A stretch of 64,000 nt of DNA from Candidatus Kapaibacterium sp. (GTDB lineage Bacteria; Bacteroidota; Ignavibacteria; Kapaibacteriales; UBA2268): positions 79,481 to 143,480 of the forward strand of contig OZ223197.1 of the NCBI GenBank assembly GCA_965140345.1. Reading direction: 5' to 3'. Positions 1 through 8,736 of the stretch are shown here, piece after piece; position 1 is the stretch's first letter; each line of letters opens with the position of its first letter. A program made the position numbers and the translations under genes. The notes under the pieces were generated by a model. That model searched no databases. It saw nothing but the letters and a program-made list of their open reading frames with translations, and had not been told where the DNA came from.

Positions 1-135
1 ATTATCTTTATTTTTGTCTTTATCTCTGTCTTTGTGATAAAAAGATTGGGCGGTAGCCTCAGAAGTTGGTAGAATTAAAACAACTCCGGCTACAACAATA
101 AAGCAAGCAATAACAATAACAGAAACCTTATACAT
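1..135 (-). CDS. Partial CDS (N-terminus only, continues off window): small membrane-anchored protein
   Basis: Reverse-strand ATG at 135..133; translation MYKVSVIVIACFIVVAGVVLILPTSEATAQSFYHKDRDKDKNKDN shows one hydrophobic TM/signal segment followed by a charged tail; runs off the 5' edge. Confidence 0.3.
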   Translation of the reverse strand, partial: MYKVSVIVIACFIVVAGVVLILPTSEATAQSFYHKDRDKDKNKDN

Positions 136-374
136 CTTGTCTAACATAACTCTCTCTCCATTAGTTTTTTAATTTTAGAATTATTAGGAACAGAATTTAA
201 AACTTATTTATCTATAGTAATTATTAACTAATACGAGGAGAGGCATAGTTTGTTACCAAAGTGATTGATTTTTTGTGACGGGAGAAAAGTAATCACAATA
301 TTAGCATTGTAAGACAAGTAATTAATGAGTATTTTTAGATTGCTGGTCATTGTAATATTTTTGTTGATGATAAC

Positions 375-3077
375 ATGAAAAACATAGTTGCCTACTTCGC
401 TGACTGTTATTTTGCTGATAAAAACCGTAAATATATCAGAGACATTTTTAATAAGGATATAGAATTTCTTTCCTTTATGTACGGTAAAGAAGAGCTCATC
501 AACGGCTTTTTTCCTTTTGTATCTATAGATGGAGAATATGCAGAAAGTCTTAGTAAAAAGGCATATATATACCGCAAAGAAAAGGAAATTTTATACTGCA
601 CAGGTTTATTAGTTGGAATAAAACACAATGAGCAGGGGAGTGATTTCTTTTGTTCTCCCATTTTAATGCAGAATGCAAATATATTACAAAACGATACTGA
701 ATATTCTATTGAGCTACAGCCCGGGACCTTGACATTTAATGATATGTTGATAGAAAGTATCACGGAATATGATTTACAAAATGGCAACGAGTTTCAGGAG
801 ATATTATCAGGCGAATCAGCTTTATCTAATAATTCTATTGCAACAATAACAAGACTTCTTGAAGAAAGAGTAAATAATATAAAAACTCTGGAATTTACTA
901 AGTTCCCAAATTTGATTTCTGAGAAAGAACTAAAGAGAATTATCAAAAATATCAAATCACAAAAAGACGATTATTTTGAGCTGATTCCATGCTCTTTTAT
1001 AGCTTTGGCGAATAAGCCGAATGAAGCGAGAGGTGTTGTTGATGAGCTGGATAGAATAATTCAGCAGAATGATTATTCAAAAGTGCTAAAATCTATCTTT
1101 GAGAGTAAACCTAATTCTGTTAGTAAAACCAATACTGATACTTGTTTTGTTCCCGCCGTGCTTAGTCATGCTCAGGAATCAATAATGCATTCTATTGAAA
1201 GTGGAGATCACACTTTGATAATCGGTCCTCCCGGTACCGGTAAATCATATACTATTGCTGCTTTGACTATTGAACAGCTGAATCGTGGCAAAAGTGTTCT
1301 TATTGCTTCAAAGATGAATCAAGCTGTTGATGTAATTGCAGATAAAATTCAAAATCAACTTAATATTAGCGGGTGTGTAGTTAGGGGAGGCAAGCAAAGT
1401 TATCTTAAGGAGCTGAAGGAGTTCTTAAAACGACTTCTAAATAGCATGTATAATGATGCTTCTGTTGACTCAAAAACTATAGGCAGATTAAGGAAAGAGA
1501 TTTTAAACTTAGATGTGATTATACAAAAAACTGAGAAAAAACTCGAAAAGCATAGCCAAAGTGAAATTAAATATGGAGGGGTGATTTCCGGAGAGGAAAA
1601 ATCTATTCTTTTATCTATTCAGAGTTGGTTCTTTAAATTGGGTAATAAAACTCCACTTTGGGAGATATATGAGGAATATGATGCACTTTTAAATCAAAAA
1701 ATCAGCAAGATTAGCAACTTTACCAGTGATAATAATACGCTTCGTATTAATACTTCACTTAAAAAACACAGAGCAATTCTTAATACTTTTCTTAAGGCTA
1801 TAAGCAGTAGGACTGGTGGCAAGCAAGAGGATTTATTTAATTCTATTGATTTTTCAATTTTATTACAGATCTTTCCTGTTTGGCTTGTTAATTTGAGTGA
1901 CATACATAAAGTTCTACCTCTGAAAAAAGAACTATTTGATGTTGTAATCATCGATGAAGCCACACAGTGTGATGTTGCTTCATGTGTACCTGCTCTGCAA
2001 AGAGCAAAGAAAGCAGTTATAGCAGGAGACCCTAACCAACTTAGGCATATTTCATTCCTATCAAAAGCAAAGCAGGCTGAGTTTCTTGCAAAGTATGAGA
2101 TGGCAGAAACATCAGAATACGATTACAGAAATACTTCAATTTTGGATTTGTTCGCTGAGAAAATTCAAAGCCAGGAAAATGTTATTTTTCTTAATGAGCA
2201 TTATCGTTCTTTGCCTGATATTATTAGTTTTTCTAACAGAGAGTTTTATGATTCTCGTCTAAAAATAATGACTGAAAAGCCTATAAATTATAGAAAAAGA
2301 CCAGTGATATTTCACAATTGCAAAGATGGCAGAAGAAATGAATCCGGTTATAATGAAGTAGAGGCAAAGGCAATTATAGAAAAGATTAAACTTATAATAG
2401 AAAGTCAAGAACTAACGCCACCGAGCATTGGAATATTATCGCCCTTTAGAAAACAGGTGGATCACATTTCTTCAGAAATATTGAAAAACTTCTCTTTAGA
2501 TACTATAAACAGATATAATATTTTGGTTGGAACAGCCCATTCATTTCAGGGAGAAGAGCGGGACATAATGTTTATATCTCTGTCAGTTGATGCAGATTCT
2601 CATAGTGCAAGCTTCCGTTTTATAGATAATCCAAATGTCTTTAATGTTGCCATAACACGTGCTAAATCGGAACAATATATATTTCATTCCATAGAGAAGC
2701 AGCACTTAAAGCCCGGTGCAATGCTTTATAAATTTTTCGACTACTATCAGAATCCGGTACATAAGAAGCTAGATAATCATAATAAAGTCTTCGACAAATT
2801 CGCAAAAGATGTCTGCGAAGTTCTGAATAAACATAATATATCCACACAAGTAGCACTTCCAATTGCGGGGCACACAATGGATATAGTTGCGAATAACGAT
2901 CACAAAGCCATCGGCATTGATCTAATCGGCTTCCCCGGAGATTTTGCAGAGGCTTACCCTGTGGAAAGATACAAAATGTTCAATCGTGCCGGCATGAAAG
3001 TGATACCACTCCCATACTCAAATTGGGTGAATTCAAGAGAAGAATCGATTCAGTATGTATTGAAGAGTTTGAGGTAA
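375..3077 (+). CDS. SF1B (Upf1/Dna2/AAA_11-AAA_12-like) helicase with N-terminal ~270-aa domain of unknown function and C-terminal Vsr/DUF559-like restriction-endonuclease-fold domain
   Basis: Q-motif-like LSHAQESIMHSI, Walker A LIIGPPGTGKSYTIAAL, Walker B VVIIDEATQC, AAA_12 motifs HYRSLPDIISFSNREFY and VGTAHSFQGEERDIMFISL, TRA at ITRAKS; C-terminal TMDIVANNDHKAIGIDLIGFPGD...ERYKMFNRAGMKVIPLPYSNW resembles DUF559/Vsr endonuclease core. Confidence 0.8.
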   Translation: MKNIVAYFADCYFADKNRKYIRDIFNKDIEFLSFMYGKEELINGFFPFVSIDGEYAESLSKKAYIYRKEKEILYCTGLLVGIKHNEQGSDFFCSPILMQNANILQNDTEYSIELQPGTLTFNDMLIESITEYDLQNGNEFQEILSGESALSNNSIATITRLLEERVNNIKTLEFTKFPNLISEKELKRIIKNIKSQKDDYFELIPCSFIALANKPNEARGVVDELDRIIQQNDYSKVLKSIFESKPNSVSKTNTDTCFVPAVLSHAQESIMHSIESGDHTLIIGPPGTGKSYTIAALTIEQLNRGKSVLIASKMNQAVDVIADKIQNQLNISGCVVRGGKQSYLKELKEFLKRLLNSMYNDASVDSKTIGRLRKEILNLDVIIQKTEKKLEKHSQSEIKYGGVISGEEKSILLSIQSWFFKLGNKTPLWEIYEEYDALLNQKISKISNFTSDNNTLRINTSLKKHRAILNTFLKAISSRTGGKQEDLFNSIDFSILLQIFPVWLVNLSDIHKVLPLKKELFDVVIIDEATQCDVASCVPALQRAKKAVIAGDPNQLRHISFLSKAKQAEFLAKYEMAETSEYDYRNTSILDLFAEKIQSQENVIFLNEHYRSLPDIISFSNREFYDSRLKIMTEKPINYRKRPVIFHNCKDGRRNESGYNEVEAKAIIEKIKLIIESQELTPPSIGILSPFRKQVDHISSEILKNFSLDTINRYNILVGTAHSFQGEERDIMFISLSVDADSHSASFRFIDNPNVFNVAITRAKSEQYIFHSIEKQHLKPGAMLYKFFDYYQNPVHKKLDNHNKVFDKFAKDVCEVLNKHNISTQVALPIAGHTMDIVANNDHKAIGIDLIGFPGDFAEAYPVERYKMFNRAGMKVIPLPYSNWVNSREESIQYVLKSLR

Positions 3078-3126
3078 GGGGTAGGGTTGAAATTGGTTGT
3101 TATGAAATTATTAAAGGGAATTAGAC

Positions 3127-3663
3127 ATGGAAAAATTTGATCCAAAAATCTATCATGTAGATAGACATGACCATGTGTTAAAGGAAGGTGAGGACGTTGA
3201 CTTTATTAGTTATTATGATGTTAGTCATGATGATGTAGACTTTGAGTTGAAAGATAAATATTTTAGAGAAGAGGACAGACTTATTGCTTTTTTGATTGAT
3301 ATCTTTTTAGATGGTAGAAGTGTATCGGAATTGTTGATAAAAGGAGAATCTCAATGGGATATTGATCGACATGAAATGAAAACACTGGACAAGCAACATG
3401 TAGAAATATTGAAGATGTTATATAAAAGTGATGAGGAGTTTAGGATTGAATCTAAAGAAGATTTAATATTATTACTAACATTATCACTTAGAGAGCGTAT
3501 TAAAACAAAGATAAAGTTTACTGAGATGATATTTTCTTCTGGATATGATTTGTGTTTATACTTCCAGAATATTGATTATCAATATTTGAAAAGATTTGTA
3601 GAAAAGCATCAACTTCATATTTTGGGTAGTTGGTATTTGGATATATGGGATGATACATTTTAG
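3127..3663 (+). CDS. Hypothetical acidic protein, co-operonic with the upstream helicase-nuclease
   Basis: 178-aa ORF 50 bp downstream of helicase stop, same strand, followed by a strong rho-independent terminator; Asp/Glu/His-rich N-terminus (YHVDRHDHVLKEGEDVDFISYYDVSHDDVDFE); no recognisable domain. Confidence 0.5.
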   Translation: MEKFDPKIYHVDRHDHVLKEGEDVDFISYYDVSHDDVDFELKDKYFREEDRLIAFLIDIFLDGRSVSELLIKGESQWDIDRHEMKTLDKQHVEILKMLYKSDEEFRIESKEDLILLLTLSLRERIKTKIKFTEMIFSSGYDLCLYFQNIDYQYLKRFVEKHQLHILGSWYLDIWDDTF

Positions 3664-3715
3664 GAGGCAGTGTAAAAAAAACTCTGTCTTTCTTATATCT
3701 AAAGAAAAAAAATCT

Positions 3716-3763
3716 AGGATGTGATAGAAAAGATATTACTTTTTGTATCACATCCTTTTTTTT
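3716..3763. terminator. Rho-independent terminator (bidirectional position between convergent genes)
   Basis: Inverted repeat aGGATGTGATAga...tGTATCACATCCt (10-bp perfect stem) followed by T7 run; sits between + strand ORF end (3663) and - strand LRR gene end (3819). Confidence 0.75.
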
Positions 3764-3766
3764 CCC

Positions 3767-3791
3767 CTGCACAAAAACAACCAGTTAGTAT
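3767..3791 (+). repeat. Direct repeat copy A (CTGCACAAAAACAACCAGTTAGTAT) flanking the LRR gene
   Basis: 23/25 identical to copy at 5278..5302 (CTGCACAAAAACAACCACTCAGTAT); same orientation; the two copies bracket the 3819..5186 LRR gene. Confidence 0.7.
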
Positions 3792-3818
3792 ATTATAATA
3801 CAAAAGATCATTTGTTCT

Positions 3819-5186
3819 TTAAATATAAATAATTATCTGACCTTCCTGATTGTAACTCGGGAAATAAGAAAATAACTTTAATTTTTCTTCTTCATTCAAA
3901 GCATTGAATCCAAGATCAAGATGTTTTAGGTTTGTTAAATTGTGCATTGATTGTGGTACTTTCGTAAGTTTATTATAAAATAAATCTAAAGACTGAAGTT
4001 GTGTCAGATTCCCAAAAGATTCTGGTATGCTACTAAGCATATTTTCGTGAAGACTAATCTCTTTTAGTTGTTCAAGTTTACTTAATGATTCCGGAAAAAA
4101 TTTTAGAGAATTGTTCCCCAAAAATAATGATTTTAGGTTTGAACATTTTTGTATAGTATCAGGTATTTCCGTTAGATTGTTTTCAGCTACACTTAGCCAT
4201 TCAAGCTTAGATAAATTGCCTATAGCCTCTGGTAGATGATGTATTTCATTTTCAGTTAAATCCAGTTTTAGTAGGCTATGAAGAAGTCCAATCGCATCAG
4301 AAATATTCTCCATTTCATTTGCAGAAAAATTCAAATCTTGAAGATTCTTTAAAAGAGTAATTGTTTCCGGGAAAGATGAAAAGTTATTACAGCTTAAATC
4401 AAGCTCTCTAAGGTTTGGTAAGTCACCACTTTTTAAAGATATATTTTTTAATAAGTTAGACCTGAGATTCAGTTCTTCAAGATTTATAATTTCACCAAAA
4501 GATGCAGGTAAAAATTCGATACTGTTTGATTCTAAATTTAATTTCCTAAGCTGTTTTAAATTGCCGATTGAATCAGGTAAATGGTCAATCTTTGTATAGC
4601 TCAAATTTAGTTCTATAAGAGTGTCTAATTTACCAATAGTATTATCGATATTTATATTAAGATTATGTGCTAAATTGAGACTTACAATACTCTTCAGATT
4701 ACTTATTAACTGTGGCAATTCAGTAAGTTTATTATTAAATAATGTAAGCTTTCTAAGTTTGACTAGTTTCCCGATTGATTCAGGCAGGTTTGATAAATTA
4801 TTAGAATAGATACTAAGAGTTGTCAGATTTTCTAAATTACCTATAGACTCAGGTAAATCAGTAAGCTGGTTTTCACCTAAATTCAGTTCCTTAAGATTAG
4901 TCATAAAACCGATAGAGTCAGGCAAACTAGTCAATTCATTTCTACTTAAATCGAGTGAAGTTAGGTTTGTAAGCTTTCTAATTGATTCAGGTAAATGTGT
5001 AATGCCTCTATAGCTTAAATTAAGTTCTGTTGGGTTAGATTGAATTATTTCTTCTAAAACTTCTTTAGATATTGTTTTAGGGGGGTCTTCAATTCTTGAA
5101 ATTTCTGTAGATCTTCCTGTTTCAGTTTCTCTTATAGTCCAAAGTAGACCATTTCTTTCATATTGCTCAATTATCTTATCTGCCAT
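3819..5186 (-). CDS. Leucine-rich repeat (LRR) protein, no signal peptide (cytoplasmic LRR-only protein)
   Basis: About 17 tandem 23-residue LRRs of the form LxxLxxLxLxxNxLxxLPxSIGxLxx (e.g. LTNLTSLDLSRNELTSLPDSIGFMTNLKELNLGENQLTDLPESIGNLENL); N-terminus MADKIIEQYERNGLLWTIRETETGR lacks hydrophobic leader. Confidence 0.9.
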   Translation of the reverse strand: MADKIIEQYERNGLLWTIRETETGRSTEISRIEDPPKTISKEVLEEIIQSNPTELNLSYRGITHLPESIRKLTNLTSLDLSRNELTSLPDSIGFMTNLKELNLGENQLTDLPESIGNLENLTTLSIYSNNLSNLPESIGKLVKLRKLTLFNNKLTELPQLISNLKSIVSLNLAHNLNINIDNTIGKLDTLIELNLSYTKIDHLPDSIGNLKQLRKLNLESNSIEFLPASFGEIINLEELNLRSNLLKNISLKSGDLPNLRELDLSCNNFSSFPETITLLKNLQDLNFSANEMENISDAIGLLHSLLKLDLTENEIHHLPEAIGNLSKLEWLSVAENNLTEIPDTIQKCSNLKSLFLGNNSLKFFPESLSKLEQLKEISLHENMLSSIPESFGNLTQLQSLDLFYNKLTKVPQSMHNLTNLKHLDLGFNALNEEEKLKLFSYFPSYNQEGQIIIYI

Positions 5187-5277
5187 TGCTTTATTTAGAT
5201 TGTACTTAGAAAATTGTAAAGTTTAAAGGAATACGATATAGCTTATAGTTTGTTACTATAGTAATGTATTTAAAAGT

Positions 5278-5302
5278 CTGCACAAAAACAACCACTCAGT
5301 AT
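5278..5302 (+). repeat. Direct repeat copy B (CTGCACAAAAACAACCACTCAGTAT), ~90 bp upstream of LRR gene start
   Basis: See copy A; located in the LRR gene 5' region / flagellar operon upstream region. Confidence 0.7.
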
Positions 5303-5525
5303 GCTAATATTGTGCATTGGCTAAAAATGTACTGCTTTTATTACTCATCTTTTTATCAGGTTTCTATACCATTATAAATGTGGAAAAGCTTGTAAGATCT
5401 TTATTGTCAAGTAAATATGAATTTTGGAACTTCCAGATTTGTTTAAACTCTTAAAACTTGGTATCAATTTTATACCTGTATGTGGGAAGATAATTCAGGA
5501 TGGACAATAATAACAGTTATTTGAC

Positions 5526-5798
5526 ATGGAAAAGAAAAACTTCAGAGATGCCATGAACTTACTTTTTGAAGCAAAGGACGCGCAAATAGAAGTAAGCAAT
5601 GCAGGACGCAAAGGCTCTCTTACTAGAAGTATCATCTCACTTAATCGCAAAAGGAATTTGGATATCGAGAGAGATGATCAGATAATGAAACTATTGGCGA
5701 AGCTGGAGGCGAAAGGAAATGTGCCTATCAGACTTCACGATGCAATAGCAGATATTGTAGGAAAGATGTTTTTAAATAGCAGTCGGGCTTTTTCATAA
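5526..5798 (+). CDS. Hypothetical small protein immediately upstream of flgF (possible flagellar accessory/regulatory protein)
   Basis: 90-aa ORF co-directional with flagellar rod genes, 27 bp before flgF; no convincing FlgM signature. Confidence 0.4.
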   Translation: MEKKNFRDAMNLLFEAKDAQIEVSNAGRKGSLTRSIISLNRKRNLDIERDDQIMKLLAKLEAKGNVPIRLHDAIADIVGKMFLNSSRAFS

Positions 5799-5825
5799 TA
5801 GAAATAAGATGCAGGAAGCAGCAAA

Positions 5826-6605
5826 ATGTTAAAGGAATTATTCACAGCGGCTCTTGGTATGCAAAATCAGCATACTAAACTTGAAGTAACAGCTAATAAC
5901 TTATCTAATGCAAATACTTCAGGCTATAAGCGTTCAGAAGCTTTTGAGCGTAACCTTATAGATGCCCGCGCTAATTTCTATAACACGCCCGGCGATGTTG
6001 AACAAAATGACCCGCCAATCGGTTCTTATGTCGATTATTCAGCAGGAAGCTTTAATCAGACTGAAAACCAATTGGATGTGGCGATTGAAAATAAGGGATT
6101 TTTTGCACTCCAGGATGGAGAAGGAAAGAAATTTCTTACTCGTGCCGGAAGGTTTAAAGTTACTGAAGACGGAACAATTACTGCCATGGATGGCAAGACC
6201 TTACTGGGCAAGGAAGGCCCCATAAATGTATTTCAAGAGTTCATGGAAGAAGGTACAGCAAACATGGATGTTCGCTCTCTTGAAATTAAAATTAATGAAA
6301 AAGGTCAGGTCTTTGCAAATGCCAAGGAAGTAGGTTCTATCGCAATTTATAACCCGAAGGACGAAAAAACTTTGCAACGTATCTCTAACTCTGAATTTAT
6401 AGCTACAAATTGGTCTGATATAGAAGAACTGGACGAAAGTCAGATGACTCTAAGGCAAGGATGGCTGGAAGGATCAAACGTAAATGTAGTAAATGAAATG
6501 ATAGAGATGATTGAGCTTCAAAGGATGTTCGAAGCAGGAAGCAAAGTAATTAAGACAAATGATGACACCCTTACTAATAGTATTCGCCTGGGCAGATATT
6601 ATTAA
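5826..6605 (+). CDS. flgF: Flagellar basal-body rod protein FlgF
   Basis: N-terminal rod motif LGMQNQHTKLEVTANNLSNANTSGYKR and C-terminal LRQGWLEGSNVNVVNEMIEMIELQRMFEAGSKVIKTNDD (FlgF/FlgG family termini); position upstream of flgG. Confidence 0.85.
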   Translation: MLKELFTAALGMQNQHTKLEVTANNLSNANTSGYKRSEAFERNLIDARANFYNTPGDVEQNDPPIGSYVDYSAGSFNQTENQLDVAIENKGFFALQDGEGKKFLTRAGRFKVTEDGTITAMDGKTLLGKEGPINVFQEFMEEGTANMDVRSLEIKINEKGQVFANAKEVGSIAIYNPKDEKTLQRISNSEFIATNWSDIEELDESQMTLRQGWLEGSNVNVVNEMIEMIELQRMFEAGSKVIKTNDDTLTNSIRLGRYY

Positions 6606-6641
6606 TGGATTAATATTCTAAATGTTACATGGAGGTAACTT

Positions 6642-7430
6642 ATGGATAAGACGCTACGCACAGCATCGACCGGCTTATCTGCCCAGCAGCGTTATGTAGA
6701 GATTATCTCTAATAACCTTGCCAATGTAAATACGACCGGTTTCAAAAAAGTAAGACCTGAATTTCAGGATTTGTTATACGAGACTCTTCGCCCGGCAGGC
6801 AATGTTGCAAGAAGTGGGGTAGAGCCTCTTAATGAAGTTCAAATCGGTTCAGGTACAGAACTTACTGCTACTACTAAACATTTCGGTAATGGTGTTGTAG
6901 AATCTACAAATAACCAGCTTGACATGGCAATTGACGGTAATGGTTTTTTTGTACTTCAAAAGCCTGACAATAGCTTTGCATATACACGCGACGGTTCATT
7001 CAAACTAAATAAAAACGGCGTTATTGTAAATAACCAAGGTTATGCGCTTGATCCCGGTTTCACAATTCCTTCTGATGCAATTGAAGTTAGCGTATCTCCT
7101 GATGGCGTAGTAAGTTATTTATCAGAAAATTCTACACAGTTTAATACACTTGGACAATTATCCCTAGCTAGGTTCATTAATCCTGCCGGCTTAAGAGCTG
7201 AAGGTAATAACCTTTATCTGGAAACTCCTGCTTCAGGGGATGCTGTATTTGAAGTCCCCGGTGAAAATAACACAGGCCAGGTTCTTCAATCACACCTGGA
7301 ATCATCAAATGTAGATATAGTAGAAGAAATGGTAAATATGATCACTGCTCAAAGAGCGTATGAATTAAACTCTAAATCTGTGCAAACTGCAGACAGTATT
7401 TTAAGTACAGCAGTTGGGCTTAAACGCTAA
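6642..7430 (+). CDS. flgG: Flagellar basal-body distal rod protein FlgG
   Basis: MDKTLRTASTGLSAQQRYVEIISNNLANVNTTGFKK ... LQSHLESSNVDIVEEMVNMITAQRAYELNSKSVQTADSIL; 262 aa typical FlgG length. Confidence 0.9.
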   Translation: MDKTLRTASTGLSAQQRYVEIISNNLANVNTTGFKKVRPEFQDLLYETLRPAGNVARSGVEPLNEVQIGSGTELTATTKHFGNGVVESTNNQLDMAIDGNGFFVLQKPDNSFAYTRDGSFKLNKNGVIVNNQGYALDPGFTIPSDAIEVSVSPDGVVSYLSENSTQFNTLGQLSLARFINPAGLRAEGNNLYLETPASGDAVFEVPGENNTGQVLQSHLESSNVDIVEEMVNMITAQRAYELNSKSVQTADSILSTAVGLKR

Positions 7431-8155
7431 TGAAAATATTTTTTACATATAGCCTGTTTTTGTTTTTGCTTGCGTATGCAGGCAATGCAGCTTCTACTTT
7501 CAAAGGCGAAAGACTGGAAGCTGCTGCAAAAAGCTATATAGAATCTAAACTTGAAGGTGATTTTGAAGTAAAAACTTTCGGTCTAACCGATGATGTAGTT
7601 ATAGATAAAGATAATATACATGCAGAAATAAAAGAATCAGCTGATTTGAAAGGGATAATATCAGTTCCTATCATTTTCAAATCAGGTGACAAAGTAGAAA
7701 AATCTATTTCGGTGAAGCTCGAAGTTAAAACATTTGAGTTAGTTCCGGTAGCCTCAAAATATCTTAAGCAAGGCGACGAAATAACATCTCAAGATTTTAC
7801 TTTGAATCGCATTGAAACATCGTTATTAAAAAAACAGAATTATAACTCAAATGAGCTTATTGGCAGAACTATGGCGAAAAATGTTCGCAGTGGTGAACCT
7901 ATAGCTCTCAGCGACACTAAAGGGCCATTACTCATCAAACGTGGTGATGTAGTGGAGCTGTCCGTTATTTCCGGTGCTGTAAGAATCAGAGCAAATGCTG
8001 TTTCATTACAGGACGCATCTGCCGGAGATCGGGTTCGGATTAAAAGAGATGGCGAGAGCAAAGTATTACAGGGAATCGTTGCCAGAGATGGCAGCGTTCT
8101 AATAGCTCCGCCTGAATACTACAAGGATGTATCATCAATTTCAGGGACGAAATGA
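7430..8155 (+). CDS. flgA: Flagellar P-ring assembly chaperone FlgA (SAF-domain)
   Basis: Signal peptide; C-terminal IKRGDVVELSVISGAVRIRANAVSLQDASAGDRVRIKRDGESKVLQGIV matches FlgA/CpaB SAF beta-clip; ATGA start overlap with flgG stop and with flgH start. Confidence 0.8.
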   Translation: MKIFFTYSLFLFLLAYAGNAASTFKGERLEAAAKSYIESKLEGDFEVKTFGLTDDVVIDKDNIHAEIKESADLKGIISVPIIFKSGDKVEKSISVKLEVKTFELVPVASKYLKQGDEITSQDFTLNRIETSLLKKQNYNSNELIGRTMAKNVRSGEPIALSDTKGPLLIKRGDVVELSVISGAVRIRANAVSLQDASAGDRVRIKRDGESKVLQGIVARDGSVLIAPPEYYKDVSSISGTK

Positions 8156-8736
8156 TTTTTATCCGAAACATAGTAATCGCTGCATATTTAATTGGCATTT
8201 GCGGATTTTATTCCGCGAATGCTCAATTTGTACAAAGCAGCCAGCGTTCGCTTTTTTCCGATGTAAAAGCATTCCAGACCGGAGACGCGGTTATGGTTTA
8301 CATTATGGAAGACACAGAAGCCGATAATTCTGCAGAAACTAGCACAGGAAGAAGCACTGATTTAAGCCTGGGAGTTTCCGGTAATGCCGGAAGCGCAGGA
8401 GGGAGTGCAGGCGTAGGAATCGGAACTGGTAATAAACACACTGCTTCCGGAAATACAGGAAGAAGTGAAAAAATCAGATCAAAACTGAGTGCCAGAGTTG
8501 TAGAAGTTTTGGAAAACGGTGACTTAAAGATACAAGGTACACGTACTACAAAAATTAACAACGAAGAACAGAAAATATTTATAGAAGGGATTGTCAGAAG
8601 AGTAGACATTGCTCCTGATAACTCCGTAATGTCATATAATATTCTGGACTTAACTCTCCGCCTGGAAGGCGAAGGTGAAGTTTCAGAAATTCAGGAACCG
8701 GGTTTAATTACTAAGTTTTTGAGAATGCTGTTTTGA
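8152..8736 (+). CDS. flgH: Flagellar L-ring protein FlgH
   Basis: LFSDVKAFQTGDAVMVYIMEDTEADNSAETSTGRS...LSARVVEVLENGDLKIQGTRTTKINNEEQKIFIEGIVRRVDIAPDNSVMSYNILDLTLRLEG is the FlgH signature. Confidence 0.9.
   Translation: MIFIRNIVIAAYLIGICGFYSANAQFVQSSQRSLFSDVKAFQTGDAVMVYIMEDTEADNSAETSTGRSTDLSLGVSGNAGSAGGSAGVGIGTGNKHTASGNTGRSEKIRSKLSARVVEVLENGDLKIQGTRTTKINNEEQKIFIEGIVRRVDIAPDNSVMSYNILDLTLRLEGEGEVSEIQEPGLITKFLRMLF

Noticed and set aside
407-787. 126-aa minus-strand ORF inside the helicase gene. Similar antisense or alt-frame ORFs occur at 1694-1963, 2662-2877, 4621-4809, 5962-6225, 7840-8061, 8298-8609, 9596-9871, 10380-10685, 12028-12210, 12574-12810, 14119-14385, 14414-14725, 15193-15390, 17022-17234, 18725-18985, 21939-22187, 22527-22940, 23146-25329, 27305-27631, 29350-29559, and the many short ORFs inside NRPS genes.
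   Set aside because: Each lies entirely within a longer ORF that has strong domain evidence on the other strand or frame. They have low-complexity or atypical composition and no RBS or domain signal, so they are spurious.
5526-5798. Possible FlgM anti-sigma factor assignment for the 90-aa ORF
   Set aside because: Only a loose resemblance (G-x-V-x-I...DAIA) to the FlgM C-terminal helix. Insufficient to name it.
8127-8327. 66-aa ORF spanning the flgA/flgH junction
   Set aside because: Alternative frame overlapping two well-supported, translationally coupled flagellar genes.
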